From positions 1-39,456 of the IMG/VR virus record IMGVR_UViG_3300034161_000021: a DNA stretch of 39,456 nucleotides. One strand, written 5' to 3'. The DNA is from a virus (Duplodnaviria > Caudoviricetes). This document shows, in pieces, positions 31,997 to 39,456 of the stretch. A program made the translations under genes and the position numbers. Within the stretch, counting starts at the first letter, position 1, and each line of letters starts with the position of its first letter. The notes under the pieces are model-generated. The model worked only from the letters and a program-made list of their open reading frames with translations. It was not told where the DNA came from and did no database searches.

Positions 31997-32557
31997 TTAC
32001 GGCGGCGCCGGCCGCTGACTGGCTGACCATACCGCCCGCACATACCCCTGACAGGCCGCCAATGCGGTCAATCCTTCGTCGCCGTCTCCGGTGATGCCGA
32101 TAATTCGTTGAGCATGCGCGGGGTCAAGTTCGGCGCGCGCGGCTCCATGAACCACGCCGCCGGCGCTGGCAGTGGCTGGCACTCCGTCAGCACCGGCGCC
32201 GAAGGGGCCGGCGAGTAGGACTGACAACCGGACATCAGCAGTGGCAAGGCGATCAGACAGGCGTTGCTGAGTTTTCTTTGCATCGGACAGTTCTCGGTAG
32301 TGGGTTTCATCGTTGGTCTTCAAGCGGCCCTCCAGGGTGGCGCGCTTGCCCTGTTCGCTGGCCAGCGCGGCCGTCACCGCCTCGGCGTGGGCTTTTCCTT
32401 CAGTGGCTGCCTGCGCGACCTTCTCGGCCAGCGTCTGGCCATAACGCCAGTCCTGCACCACCCACGCGCCACCAGCGGCGGCACCCGCTACCAGCAGCAG
32501 TACCAGGGCGACGGCCCAGGGGCGAATAGGCGCCGGAATCAGATCGAGGATGGACAT
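31997..32557 (-). CDS. Rz: Rz-like inner-membrane spanin
   Basis: Likely start MSILDL (32557); N-terminal TM helix, WVVQDWRYG, coiled coil, RAELDPAHAQRIIGITGDGD...LAACQGY. Confidence 0.88.
   Translation of the reverse strand: MSILDLIPAPIRPWAVALVLLLVAGAAAGGAWVVQDWRYGQTLAEKVAQAATEGKAHAEAVTAALASEQGKRATLEGRLKTNDETHYRELSDAKKTQQRLSDRLATADVRLSVLLAGPFGAGADGVPATASAGGVVHGAARAELDPAHAQRIIGITGDGDEGLTALAACQGYVRAVWSASQRPAPP
32068..32283 (-). CDS. Rz1: Rz1-like outer-membrane lipoprotein spanin embedded in Rz
   Basis: MQRKLSNACLIALPLLMSG-C lipobox followed by a Pro-rich mature part, in another frame inside Rz. Confidence 0.82.
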   Translation of the reverse strand: MQRKLSNACLIALPLLMSGCQSYSPAPSAPVLTECQPLPAPAAWFMEPRAPNLTPRMLNELSASPETATKD

Positions 32558-33198
32558 AGCACCACCTTGGCCGTGGCCCACAGAGCGCGGCGGTCGGCTT
32601 GGCCGTTGGTGCCGCCATTGATAACCCGCGTGATGCGGTCGAACAGGCCCGCGTCGGCCAGCTCGTTCAGGCCGCGATCCCACCAGTACCAGGCCGCCGA
32701 CAACGCCGCGTACTCCGGCCGCTCCAGCAGCTCGGGCTGTTCCAGCAACGGCAGGCCCAGGGCCTTGCCGCACAGTCGGTAGGTGTCCCGGCCGGTGATG
32801 CCGATTCCGCCCCGGGCGCGATAGCGGTAGCCGTCCCCCGAGGACTCAGGCCCGTTACCGTTACGGCCGGCGTACACGCGGTTGGCCATCTTTTCCGAGT
32901 TGCGCAAGTAACCCTTGGCGTCCTCGACCTCGGCCGGATCAACCACACCGTTGCGGTTCAGGTCAAAGCCATACTTGAACAACTGCGCGACCCGCTCGGC
33001 GTCCTTGTAGTAGAGGCTTTCCGACAACGCCATGAGCTGGCCCGACTCATGACCCACCTGGGCGAGAAAAGCCGCCTGCCGCACCGGTGACGTGATGTCG
33101 AAGCGCGCCATAGCTTGATTGAGGGCTGACACAAAAACGCCCGCGACTGGGCGGGCGTTCGGGAGGATTCGCAGCAACTGCTGCTGAGTGATGTTCAT
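32539..33198 (-). CDS. Endolysin, glycoside hydrolase family 19
   Basis: AAFLAQVGHESG, ANRVY, GDGYRYRARG, AALSAAWYW and ITRVINGG motifs. Confidence 0.93.
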   Translation of the reverse strand: MNITQQQLLRILPNARPVAGVFVSALNQAMARFDITSPVRQAAFLAQVGHESGQLMALSESLYYKDAERVAQLFKYGFDLNRNGVVDPAEVEDAKGYLRNSEKMANRVYAGRNGNGPESSGDGYRYRARGGIGITGRDTYRLCGKALGLPLLEQPELLERPEYAALSAAWYWWDRGLNELADAGLFDRITRVINGGTNGQADRRALWATAKVVLCPSSI

Positions 33199-33213
33199 AC
33201 AAACTCCAGACGT

Positions 33214-33234
33214 AAAAAAACCGCACTCAGGCGG
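33214..33234 (-). terminator. Weak terminator between gpD and the endolysin
   Basis: Minus strand CCGC-CTGAGT-GCGG-T7. Confidence 0.5.
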
Positions 33235-33246
33235 CCATGGGATGCG

Positions 33247-34293
33247 TTACAGCTTTTCGACGCTCACAACCTTGAGCGGCCCGTCTTTCTTCTTTTTCTT
33301 GCCTTTAGATTTTCCTTTCTTACCGGCATTGCACTCGACTGTCGTGGACCAGCCGGATTGGGTAAACACCTGCTCGACCGATTCCGCCAGATACTCGCCA
33401 TCGAGCCCGACCTTGAAGCCCTGGGCGTTGATTGGCCGCTCTGCAAAAATGTCCGTGCGGCCGGGCATCTCAAGACGAACATCAGCGGTCGAGCGGTTGA
33501 ACGCCGCTAAACGCGCCTTAGCGGCTGCCTCGGCGGCGGTCTTGTTCGGATAGATATGTCTATCGGTATGCACCGCCGGCAAGCCATCCGGGGCGTCATC
33601 GTTGTTCACCGTGACAACCGCCAGCTTGCCGTCCTTCTTGTTCTGGTGCTTGGTCGCCACGGCCTTGTGCGAGTTGCGATCCCCGAGACTAAACTGCCAG
33701 CGACTAAGGTCGCTCTTCGTCAGGGTGATCGCGCCGAATGCCTTGCCGCTGGCGGTTTGGCCACCTTGACGCGGCATCACCAACAGCTTGCCGTCGGCGA
33801 CCTTGGCCGTGCAGTCGTATTGCTTGGCCAGGCGCGTGATGAAATTAAAATCGGACTCGTTGAGCTGATCCACCCGGGCGACTTTCGTTGATACCGGACA
33901 GACCGCCTGCCAGCCATTGCGCGCGGCGATGTCGGCCACGATCTTCGACAGCGGCACGTCCTCCCAGCTTCCGCTACGGATGGTCTTGCCACTGCCACGC
34001 ATGTCGCTGGCCTTGCCCTTGATCACAATCGTGTCCGGCGGACCCGACACTTCGACCGAGTCCACCGCGTAACGCCCCAGGCGCGTCAGGGACGTTTCGG
34101 CATAGCCCAGGTAGATCTCGATAGAACTGCCGCGCGCAGGCAACTGCACCTCGCCGTCACGATCATCAATGCGCAACTCAAACTCGTCGGAGTCCATGCC
34201 GGGCTTGTCTGAGGTGCGCAGCAACAACAGCCGGTCGTTGATCTTGGCCGTAATATCGGCGCCGTTGGCAACGATTCGAAACGTCGGAGTCAT
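33247..34293 (-). CDS. D: Late control/baseplate hub protein (P2 gpD-like)
   Basis: Likely start MTPTFRIVANGADIT (34293); SDEFELRIDDRDG and DQLNESDFNFITRLA. Confidence 0.92.
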   Translation of the reverse strand: MTPTFRIVANGADITAKINDRLLLLRTSDKPGMDSDEFELRIDDRDGEVQLPARGSSIEIYLGYAETSLTRLGRYAVDSVEVSGPPDTIVIKGKASDMRGSGKTIRSGSWEDVPLSKIVADIAARNGWQAVCPVSTKVARVDQLNESDFNFITRLAKQYDCTAKVADGKLLVMPRQGGQTASGKAFGAITLTKSDLSRWQFSLGDRNSHKAVATKHQNKKDGKLAVVTVNNDDAPDGLPAVHTDRHIYPNKTAAEAAAKARLAAFNRSTADVRLEMPGRTDIFAERPINAQGFKVGLDGEYLAESVEQVFTQSGWSTTVECNAGKKGKSKGKKKKKDGPLKVVSVEKL

Positions 34294-34304
34294 GGATTTT
34301 GTCC

Positions 34305-34329
34305 AAAAAGAAACCCGCACAAGGCGGGT
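34305..34329 (-). terminator. Terminator between gpX and gpD
   Basis: Minus strand ACCCGC-CTTGT-GCGGGT-TTCTTTTT. Confidence 0.6.
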
Positions 34330-34390
34330 CAAAAAACAAAGTGTCGTTACGCGTAACGCAACGGACTGCCGGCGGCGGTGTTGCCCGAGG

Positions 34391-34597
34391 TTAATCCCAC
34401 AAGCTAATCCCTTCATCGGTCGGGCGGGGCAGATCCGGCAGCACGATTACCACGCCCGTGCGGTAGGGCTGGGGTTCGTCCGCCAGCCCCTGATTGGCAT
34501 CGAGCACCGCCTCGGTGCTGCCGTTCAGATGGCCATAAACGTTATGGCAAATGACATCGAGCATGTCCCCGTCAGACGTTCTGCATGTCGTCGCCAT
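34391..34597 (-). CDS. X: Tail protein X (P2 gpX, LysM-like)
   Basis: GDMLDVICHNVYG...VLDANQGLA...IVLPD...LWD. Confidence 0.9.
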   Translation of the reverse strand: MATTCRTSDGDMLDVICHNVYGHLNGSTEAVLDANQGLADEPQPYRTGVVIVLPDLPRPTDEGISLWD

Positions 34598-35417
34598 AGC
34601 GTGCAAACTCCAGAGTGAACCCTTGTTTACGGGGAATGCCGCCGTGCAACAGCGCGCCCTGCTCCTCGCTGATGGTCTTCAGGCACCACGTCCCAATCAC
34701 CTCGCCATAGCCCGTGGTCAGGGTTAGCGGCTGAAGCCTGGCGCCGATGGTGCGCAACGTGTCGAGTTGCTTGAGGCCACCCTTGAAGCCCGGGTAGATC
34801 GTCCCCTTGAGCGTGAGCTTTTCCTCCCCCATCCCAATCGCCTGCTGCGCCGGGCGGCGCGACAGGCGTTCCTGGGAAGCCCAGCGGAATTCGGTCGAGC
34901 GGCTCAGCTCGTCGAAGGCCGCCGTGTCCAGATTGAAGTAATAGGGCTGAATCTTCGGGTCGCGGGGCTGGATGATCAGCAAGTGCGGGAACGGCTTCAC
35001 CGCTTCCGGCGCCGGCGTGGCATCCACAGCAAAGGAACTGGTGGGCACGATGTTGGCCAACGATGGGCTGACCTTGCCGGCGATATTATTAATCGCCGTC
35101 GCCGCCTTGCCCGCCTGCTCCTTCAGTGTGCCCAGCCGTTCCTGCACTTCGGTGGCAGCCCGAGTCGCACGACCGTACACCGCCACCACCTGGCCAACCT
35201 TGGCTTGAGCCGCATCCACACCGCGCATTACCCGCTGTAGCTTGGCGCCGATAGCCGGCCCCACAAACGGGATGTTTTCCAGCTCGGACGCGGCACCCGT
35301 CAACTCGCGGATCGCCCCGTTGACCGGCCCCAGCATGCCGTCCGCACTGCGCCGGCCGGCCTCCCCGGCTTCCACCAGATACTTGAGGCCCGATTGCATC
35401 TGTTCCATGTAAGCCAT
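34572..35417 (-). CDS. U: Tail protein U (P2 gpU-like) with N-terminal extension
   Basis: C-terminal FRWASQERL...PAQQAIG...LTLKGTIYP...GYGEVIGTW...FTLEF. Confidence 0.88.
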   Translation of the reverse strand: MAYMEQMQSGLKYLVEAGEAGRRSADGMLGPVNGAIRELTGAASELENIPFVGPAIGAKLQRVMRGVDAAQAKVGQVVAVYGRATRAATEVQERLGTLKEQAGKAATAINNIAGKVSPSLANIVPTSSFAVDATPAPEAVKPFPHLLIIQPRDPKIQPYYFNLDTAAFDELSRSTEFRWASQERLSRRPAQQAIGMGEEKLTLKGTIYPGFKGGLKQLDTLRTIGARLQPLTLTTGYGEVIGTWCLKTISEEQGALLHGGIPRKQGFTLEFARYGDDMQNV

Positions 35418-35426
35418 TAGGCCTCC

Positions 35427-38400
35427 TTAAACGTGGGGTTCGTCGTACAGCTTGGCCGCGTTCTGTTTCGACGCGTCCGCCATCATCCGCTGCATGTGCG
35501 GCATCAGATCCTGGGCCAAGCGTTGCGGGTCTTTGACATCCCCTTGCACCGTGACCGGCATGTTCAGCGAGTACTGAAACTGCTGATCCACTTTGGTCGG
35601 TGCCGGCTTCTCCGGCTCCTTGGGCTGGATCGCCACGGCCGCCGGCTTGGTCGGTGCCGACACCGCCAGCGAGCGCGCGACATCGCCCAGCACTGGCCCC
35701 TGCGGGGCCGGCGCCGAGGCCATCAGTAACGCGCCCGTGCCGTTTGCCCCACTGAGCGACTGGCCCATGGCGGCCAAGCTGGGAATAGCTGGACCCGGAC
35801 GTGGCGCCATCAGCAACGGCGTTACCGGCGGGGCAGGCTTTTCATCCTCACCACCAAACCACGACTTGCCCAGCGCGCCGCCCAACGCCTCACCGCCCTT
35901 ACTGCCCAGGTAAGCACCGATCAAGCCGCCGACAGCAGTGCCAATAATCGGCACCACCGAGCCAATGGCCGCCCCCGCCGCAGCACCGGCCATGGTGCCC
36001 GCCAGATTACCGGCGGCCGAGCCGTAGCCCTCGGCCTTTTCATCCTTGGTCTTGGCGGTCTCGTAGGTTTCGAACGCCATGGCGCCGGCATCCATCAGCG
36101 ATCCGCCGGGGATCATCTTGGCGGCTTTGCCGATCTTGCCGACCGCTTGCACAACCCCGCCCAGCTTCGACATGGCCCCGGCTGGAACCGGCACCGCAGG
36201 GATCGGCGGACGTGGAACCGAGCCCGGCCGTGGTAACGGTGGACGCGGCCCTGGGATTGACGGCGGCACCGGCGGACGCGGCAAGGGAGCCGGGCCCGAC
36301 GGCCTTGGCAGTGGCGACGGTGGTCGCACTGCCGGCACTGGCGGACGCGCCCCAGGGAGCGGCGACCGGGGCACCGGTGGTCGCAACGAACTACCCGCCC
36401 GAGACGGTGCTGGCCGACGACGCGAAGAATTGCGCCTTGCACCGCGACCACGCCGACGCGTTTCACCAGGGCCTCCAGCGGCGCCACCCATGGCCCCCGC
36501 GTTGACGACAAACACCTTTTTGACGCCGTCACCATCCGCACCGGCCTCATTGCCTCCGCCGGCCCCCGTGACGGTCTCCTGAGCAAGCGAAACCACCTTG
36601 AGGCCGGTCGCGACCAGATCGAGTTTGGCGGGTTTCTTGTCGCCCTTGTCGTCCGCCTTATCGTCGGCGCCGCCATCGGCAGATTTACCCTTGAAGGCCG
36701 CCACCGCCTTTAGCCCGGTCTCCACCAGCGATAACGCTTTACCGGCCTTGCCCTTGGGCTCTGAAGCCTTGCCGTCGCCGCTACCGTCCTCGGAGTTGGT
36801 CACAAAGACCTTTTGTACCGCGCCGGCCTTGCCGCCGCCCAGCGAGCCGCGCGCCAGATTTAATAACCCTTTACCCATCTTGAACGAACTAAAAAGGCCC
36901 GTCAGCGTGACCAACCCACCACCGACCAATGCGATCCCCGTCACCACCCCGGGCGCGCTGTCAGACATCGAGGTAATGCTTTTGGTGACCTTGGTCAGCG
37001 CATCGGCCACGGTATCCGTGACTGGGCGCAGAGCGTCCCCCACGCTGCGCATGGCGTCATCCATCGACTGAGCCATTTCGGCCCACTTCTGCGACGACGA
37101 CTCGCGCCGCTCACTGAGGTTTTTGTCGAGGATGCCCGTCGCATCGCGCGAGTCGTTTTTAAGCTGGGCGTACAGCGCCTTGTTCTGCATGAACGCCGTA
37201 AGCGCGGCCTTAACCTGCATGTCGGCGAACAGGTCGCCGGTGCGCAATGACTCCTCCAGAGAGGTCATCATGGCCTTGGCTTTCTCCGGGTCCGCCTCCT
37301 TGCTGATTTTCGACGTCGCTTCAGCCATCGCCGCCGCGCGTTTCGGATCGGTGGCCTGAATGTACTTCTGAGCCAACGCCATGCTGGTTTCAAGCGTGGA
37401 CATGCCGTTTTGCAACCCGGTCTGCATCGACCCCTTGTAGTCGATGCCGGCCTTTTTGTAGGCCTGGACGGTGTCGGTCGAGCCGATTTTGCCCATCCAG
37501 TTTTTGAGGTTGTTGGCCGCCTCGTCCGAGCTGCCGGCCGTCTTCATCTGCACTTGCAGCATCGCGCCCAACTGAGTCACCGCATCCATGCCGGTGATCC
37601 CATTCTTGCCCATTTCCGCCAACAGCTCAGGGAACCACTTGGCCATGTCGGACGCTTCAAAGCTGCCCGCCTGCCCTTGATAAGCAATCGCTTCAAGCGC
37701 CTGCTGCATCTGTTTGGCGTCGGTGATCTTGGCGTTTTGCCCCAGGGCGTTGATCATCTTCGCCGTATCAGCACCGTTCGACCCCTGCCCCACGACAAAC
37801 TTGGCTGCGACAGGTGCATATTCCAGGGCCTTGCTCAACTCCATACCGGCGCCAACCAACTGGTTGACCACGTCGGCCACGTCGTTGCGCGCCATGCCGG
37901 TGTCTCGCGAGGTATCAATGATCTTGCGCGACATTTCCTTTTCTTGTGGCTTGTTGGCAATGCCGGCCTTGATCGCGATGTCCCGAACAATCGCCCCGAA
38001 GTCCGCGCTGACCTTCGTTGGCACCGCCAGAGCCCCCACGCCGACGACAGCGGCGCCGACTGCTTTTGCCATGCCGGCCTTACCGGCATCCAACTGCTGA
38101 TGCCCCCGGGCTTTAAGCTCGGATTTGTTGGCTGCCTGCCCCATGGACCGATAGGCCTTCTCCAGCCGGCCGACTTCAACGCCCTGCTTCTTCAAGCTGT
38201 CGAGGTTGGAATTCAACCGACCCAGCAGCTTGGACGCACCAGCAGAGCCGCTGTCGTGGGCTTTTTTCCATTCATCGCGCAAGCGAATGGTGTCGCCGAT
38301 AGCACGCTGCAGAACACGCGCCTTGCCCCCTTCCGCCTCAAGGCGCTTGATGCGCCCCGTTACATCTTTGAACGCAGCACCGACCGTCGAACTGACGGCG

Positions 38401-38438
38401 GCGCCGATCACCAGCCCGAGGGCGAGTTTGTTCGCCAT
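35427..38438 (-). CDS. Tail tape measure protein
   Basis: 1003 aa, Ala/Gly-rich; GSFEASDMAKWFP, AANNL and GAAAGAAIGSVVP motifs; between the chaperone and gpU. Confidence 0.93.
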   Translation of the reverse strand: MANKLALGLVIGAAVSSTVGAAFKDVTGRIKRLEAEGGKARVLQRAIGDTIRLRDEWKKAHDSGSAGASKLLGRLNSNLDSLKKQGVEVGRLEKAYRSMGQAANKSELKARGHQQLDAGKAGMAKAVGAAVVGVGALAVPTKVSADFGAIVRDIAIKAGIANKPQEKEMSRKIIDTSRDTGMARNDVADVVNQLVGAGMELSKALEYAPVAAKFVVGQGSNGADTAKMINALGQNAKITDAKQMQQALEAIAYQGQAGSFEASDMAKWFPELLAEMGKNGITGMDAVTQLGAMLQVQMKTAGSSDEAANNLKNWMGKIGSTDTVQAYKKAGIDYKGSMQTGLQNGMSTLETSMALAQKYIQATDPKRAAAMAEATSKISKEADPEKAKAMMTSLEESLRTGDLFADMQVKAALTAFMQNKALYAQLKNDSRDATGILDKNLSERRESSSQKWAEMAQSMDDAMRSVGDALRPVTDTVADALTKVTKSITSMSDSAPGVVTGIALVGGGLVTLTGLFSSFKMGKGLLNLARGSLGGGKAGAVQKVFVTNSEDGSGDGKASEPKGKAGKALSLVETGLKAVAAFKGKSADGGADDKADDKGDKKPAKLDLVATGLKVVSLAQETVTGAGGGNEAGADGDGVKKVFVVNAGAMGGAAGGPGETRRRGRGARRNSSRRRPAPSRAGSSLRPPVPRSPLPGARPPVPAVRPPSPLPRPSGPAPLPRPPVPPSIPGPRPPLPRPGSVPRPPIPAVPVPAGAMSKLGGVVQAVGKIGKAAKMIPGGSLMDAGAMAFETYETAKTKDEKAEGYGSAAGNLAGTMAGAAAGAAIGSVVPIIGTAVGGLIGAYLGSKGGEALGGALGKSWFGGEDEKPAPPVTPLLMAPRPGPAIPSLAAMGQSLSGANGTGALLMASAPAPQGPVLGDVARSLAVSAPTKPAAVAIQPKEPEKPAPTKVDQQFQYSLNMPVTVQGDVKDPQRLAQDLMPHMQRMMADASKQNAAKLYDEPHV

Positions 38439-38476
38439 GTCATGGCCCCCATTTGCACTGTCTTACCGAAGGCGGC

Positions 38477-38572
38477 TCAATCCGTGAGCCACCACACCAT
38501 CTCAGCAAACGGCATCGACTGAATCTCAGCGGCGGAAAATCCGGTTTCCGCCGACAGACGTTTCGCGGCCAT
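38477..38572 (-). CDS. GpE'-like tail chaperone extension
   Basis: (GFDPSVIK)MAAKRLSAETGFSAAEIQSMPFAEMVWWLTD, a P2 GpE'-type motif, in the +1 frame overlapping the chaperone stop. Confidence 0.7.
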   Translation of the reverse strand: MAAKRLSAETGFSAAEIQSMPFAEMVWWLTD

Positions 38573-38588
38573 TTTTATGACGCTGGGA

Positions 38589-39185
38589 TCAAACCCCGTC
38601 GTCTTGGTCCATACGAAAATAGCCGGCCTGCAAGCGGTTAAAGTCCACCAGTTTCAGGCCCTCCAAATCCGCCAGAGGCGCACCGGCCAGCGCGGAAAAC
38701 AACACCAGCTCGCGCTGTTCGTCATCACCACCCGCCTCACGATTCGCCGCCCGTACATCGCCCACGGTAGGGGAACGCAAGGCCAACTTATCGACCGATA
38801 CGCCGTTGATTTCGCTCGGGCTGGAAAACGTGACCAGGGCCTGATCGGTGGTGATCGACAACCACGACGGCGTTGAGGCCGAATAATCGGTATTGGGCAC
38901 CAGATACGAATAGGCCGCTTGAACACGGCGATAGTCCGCCAGCTTCAGGCCTTCCAGATCCTTAACACCGACATCGGCCAAGCCGGCGAACAACATCAGC
39001 TCGCGCTGCTCGTCGTCCCCGTTAGAGGCGCGATCCGCCGCCCGCACCTCGCGCACGGCCGGAGCACGCAGGGTCAACGTCTCGACCTCGACGCCGTTGG
39101 CTTTGCTTGGACGTGTAAGGGTCACGACGGCGGCGAGCACGCCGAGCGACAGCCAGGCCGGCAGTGCATTATTAGTTGCTTTCAT
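38589..39185 (-). CDS. Tail assembly chaperone (Mu gp41/P2 gpE-like), two tandem domains
   Basis: Two copies of NGV.V..L.LR.P.V..VRAA...GDDEQREL.LF..LA.....DLEGLKL.D..R.QA.Y. Confidence 0.88.
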   Translation of the reverse strand: MKATNNALPAWLSLGVLAAVVTLTRPSKANGVEVETLTLRAPAVREVRAADRASNGDDEQRELMLFAGLADVGVKDLEGLKLADYRRVQAAYSYLVPNTDYSASTPSWLSITTDQALVTFSSPSEINGVSVDKLALRSPTVGDVRAANREAGGDDEQRELVLFSALAGAPLADLEGLKLVDFNRLQAGYFRMDQDDGV

Positions 39186-39199
39186 GTGGATCTATTCCT

Positions 39200-39456
39200 T
39201 TAGAGGCCGAGCGCGGCGCGAATGTCAGCGAGTTGGTCTTTACCGTCGATCACTTGAACGCCGGCCACCATGTCGATTTCGTACATGAGGCGGCCGTCGA
39301 TTTCGAGCTTGTAGTAAGACGGCGCAATGGCGTGCTTGATCTCTGCCGGATCACCGGCTTTCCAGTCGCCCAGATCGACCTCTTTGAGCAAGCCGCGCAG
39401 GGTGGCGACAACCGCCGTCACCGCGCCTTTCTGCCCACGAAACACGGCATTGAAGG
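39200..39456 (-). CDS. FII: Major tail tube protein, 3' part
   Basis: ...KEVDLGDWKAGD...YYKLEIDG...EID...IDGKDQLADIRAALGL; joins 1-390 on the circle. Confidence 0.92.
   Translation of the reverse strand, partial: FNAVFRGQKGAVTAVVATLRGLLKEVDLGDWKAGDPAEIKHAIAPSYYKLEIDGRLMYEIDMVAGVQVIDGKDQLADIRAALGL
39314..39456. repeat. Terminal direct repeat, right copy
   Basis: Matches 1-155 except for a 12-nt deletion. Confidence 0.95.

Overview
The window is an essentially complete, circularly permuted ~39.3 kb temperate phage genome. It is GC-rich and probably from Pseudomonas (inferred from gene families). Bases 1-126 recur at 39314-39439 and split the tail tube gene. It combines four modules: (1) a lambda-type head (Nu1/gpA terminase, cos-like site, gpW, portal, ClpP-protease/major-capsid fusion); (2) a P2-type contractile tail; (3) a split lysis system (holin at the start of the late operon; GH19 endolysin and Rz/Rz1 at its end); (4) a cro/cI/Q switch. 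It also carries a plasmid backbone: a type Ib ParA plus ribbon-helix-helix partition cassette with 8-bp iterons, a plasmid-type Rep with a predicted ~77-nt counter-transcribed RNA and downstream origin-like region, a tyrosine recombinase, and an IncP kilC-like klcB/korC-like pair. The best reading is a circular phage-plasmid. Four distinct DNA-site families are visible: WACAS-N5-STGTW operators (including one at the rep promoter), TAGCTAAT iterons, TAGGCACATGTGCCTA operators, and a genome-wide GTKAC-N2-GTMAC palindrome with no assigned binder. All family assignments come from motif recognition by eye; no searches were run.
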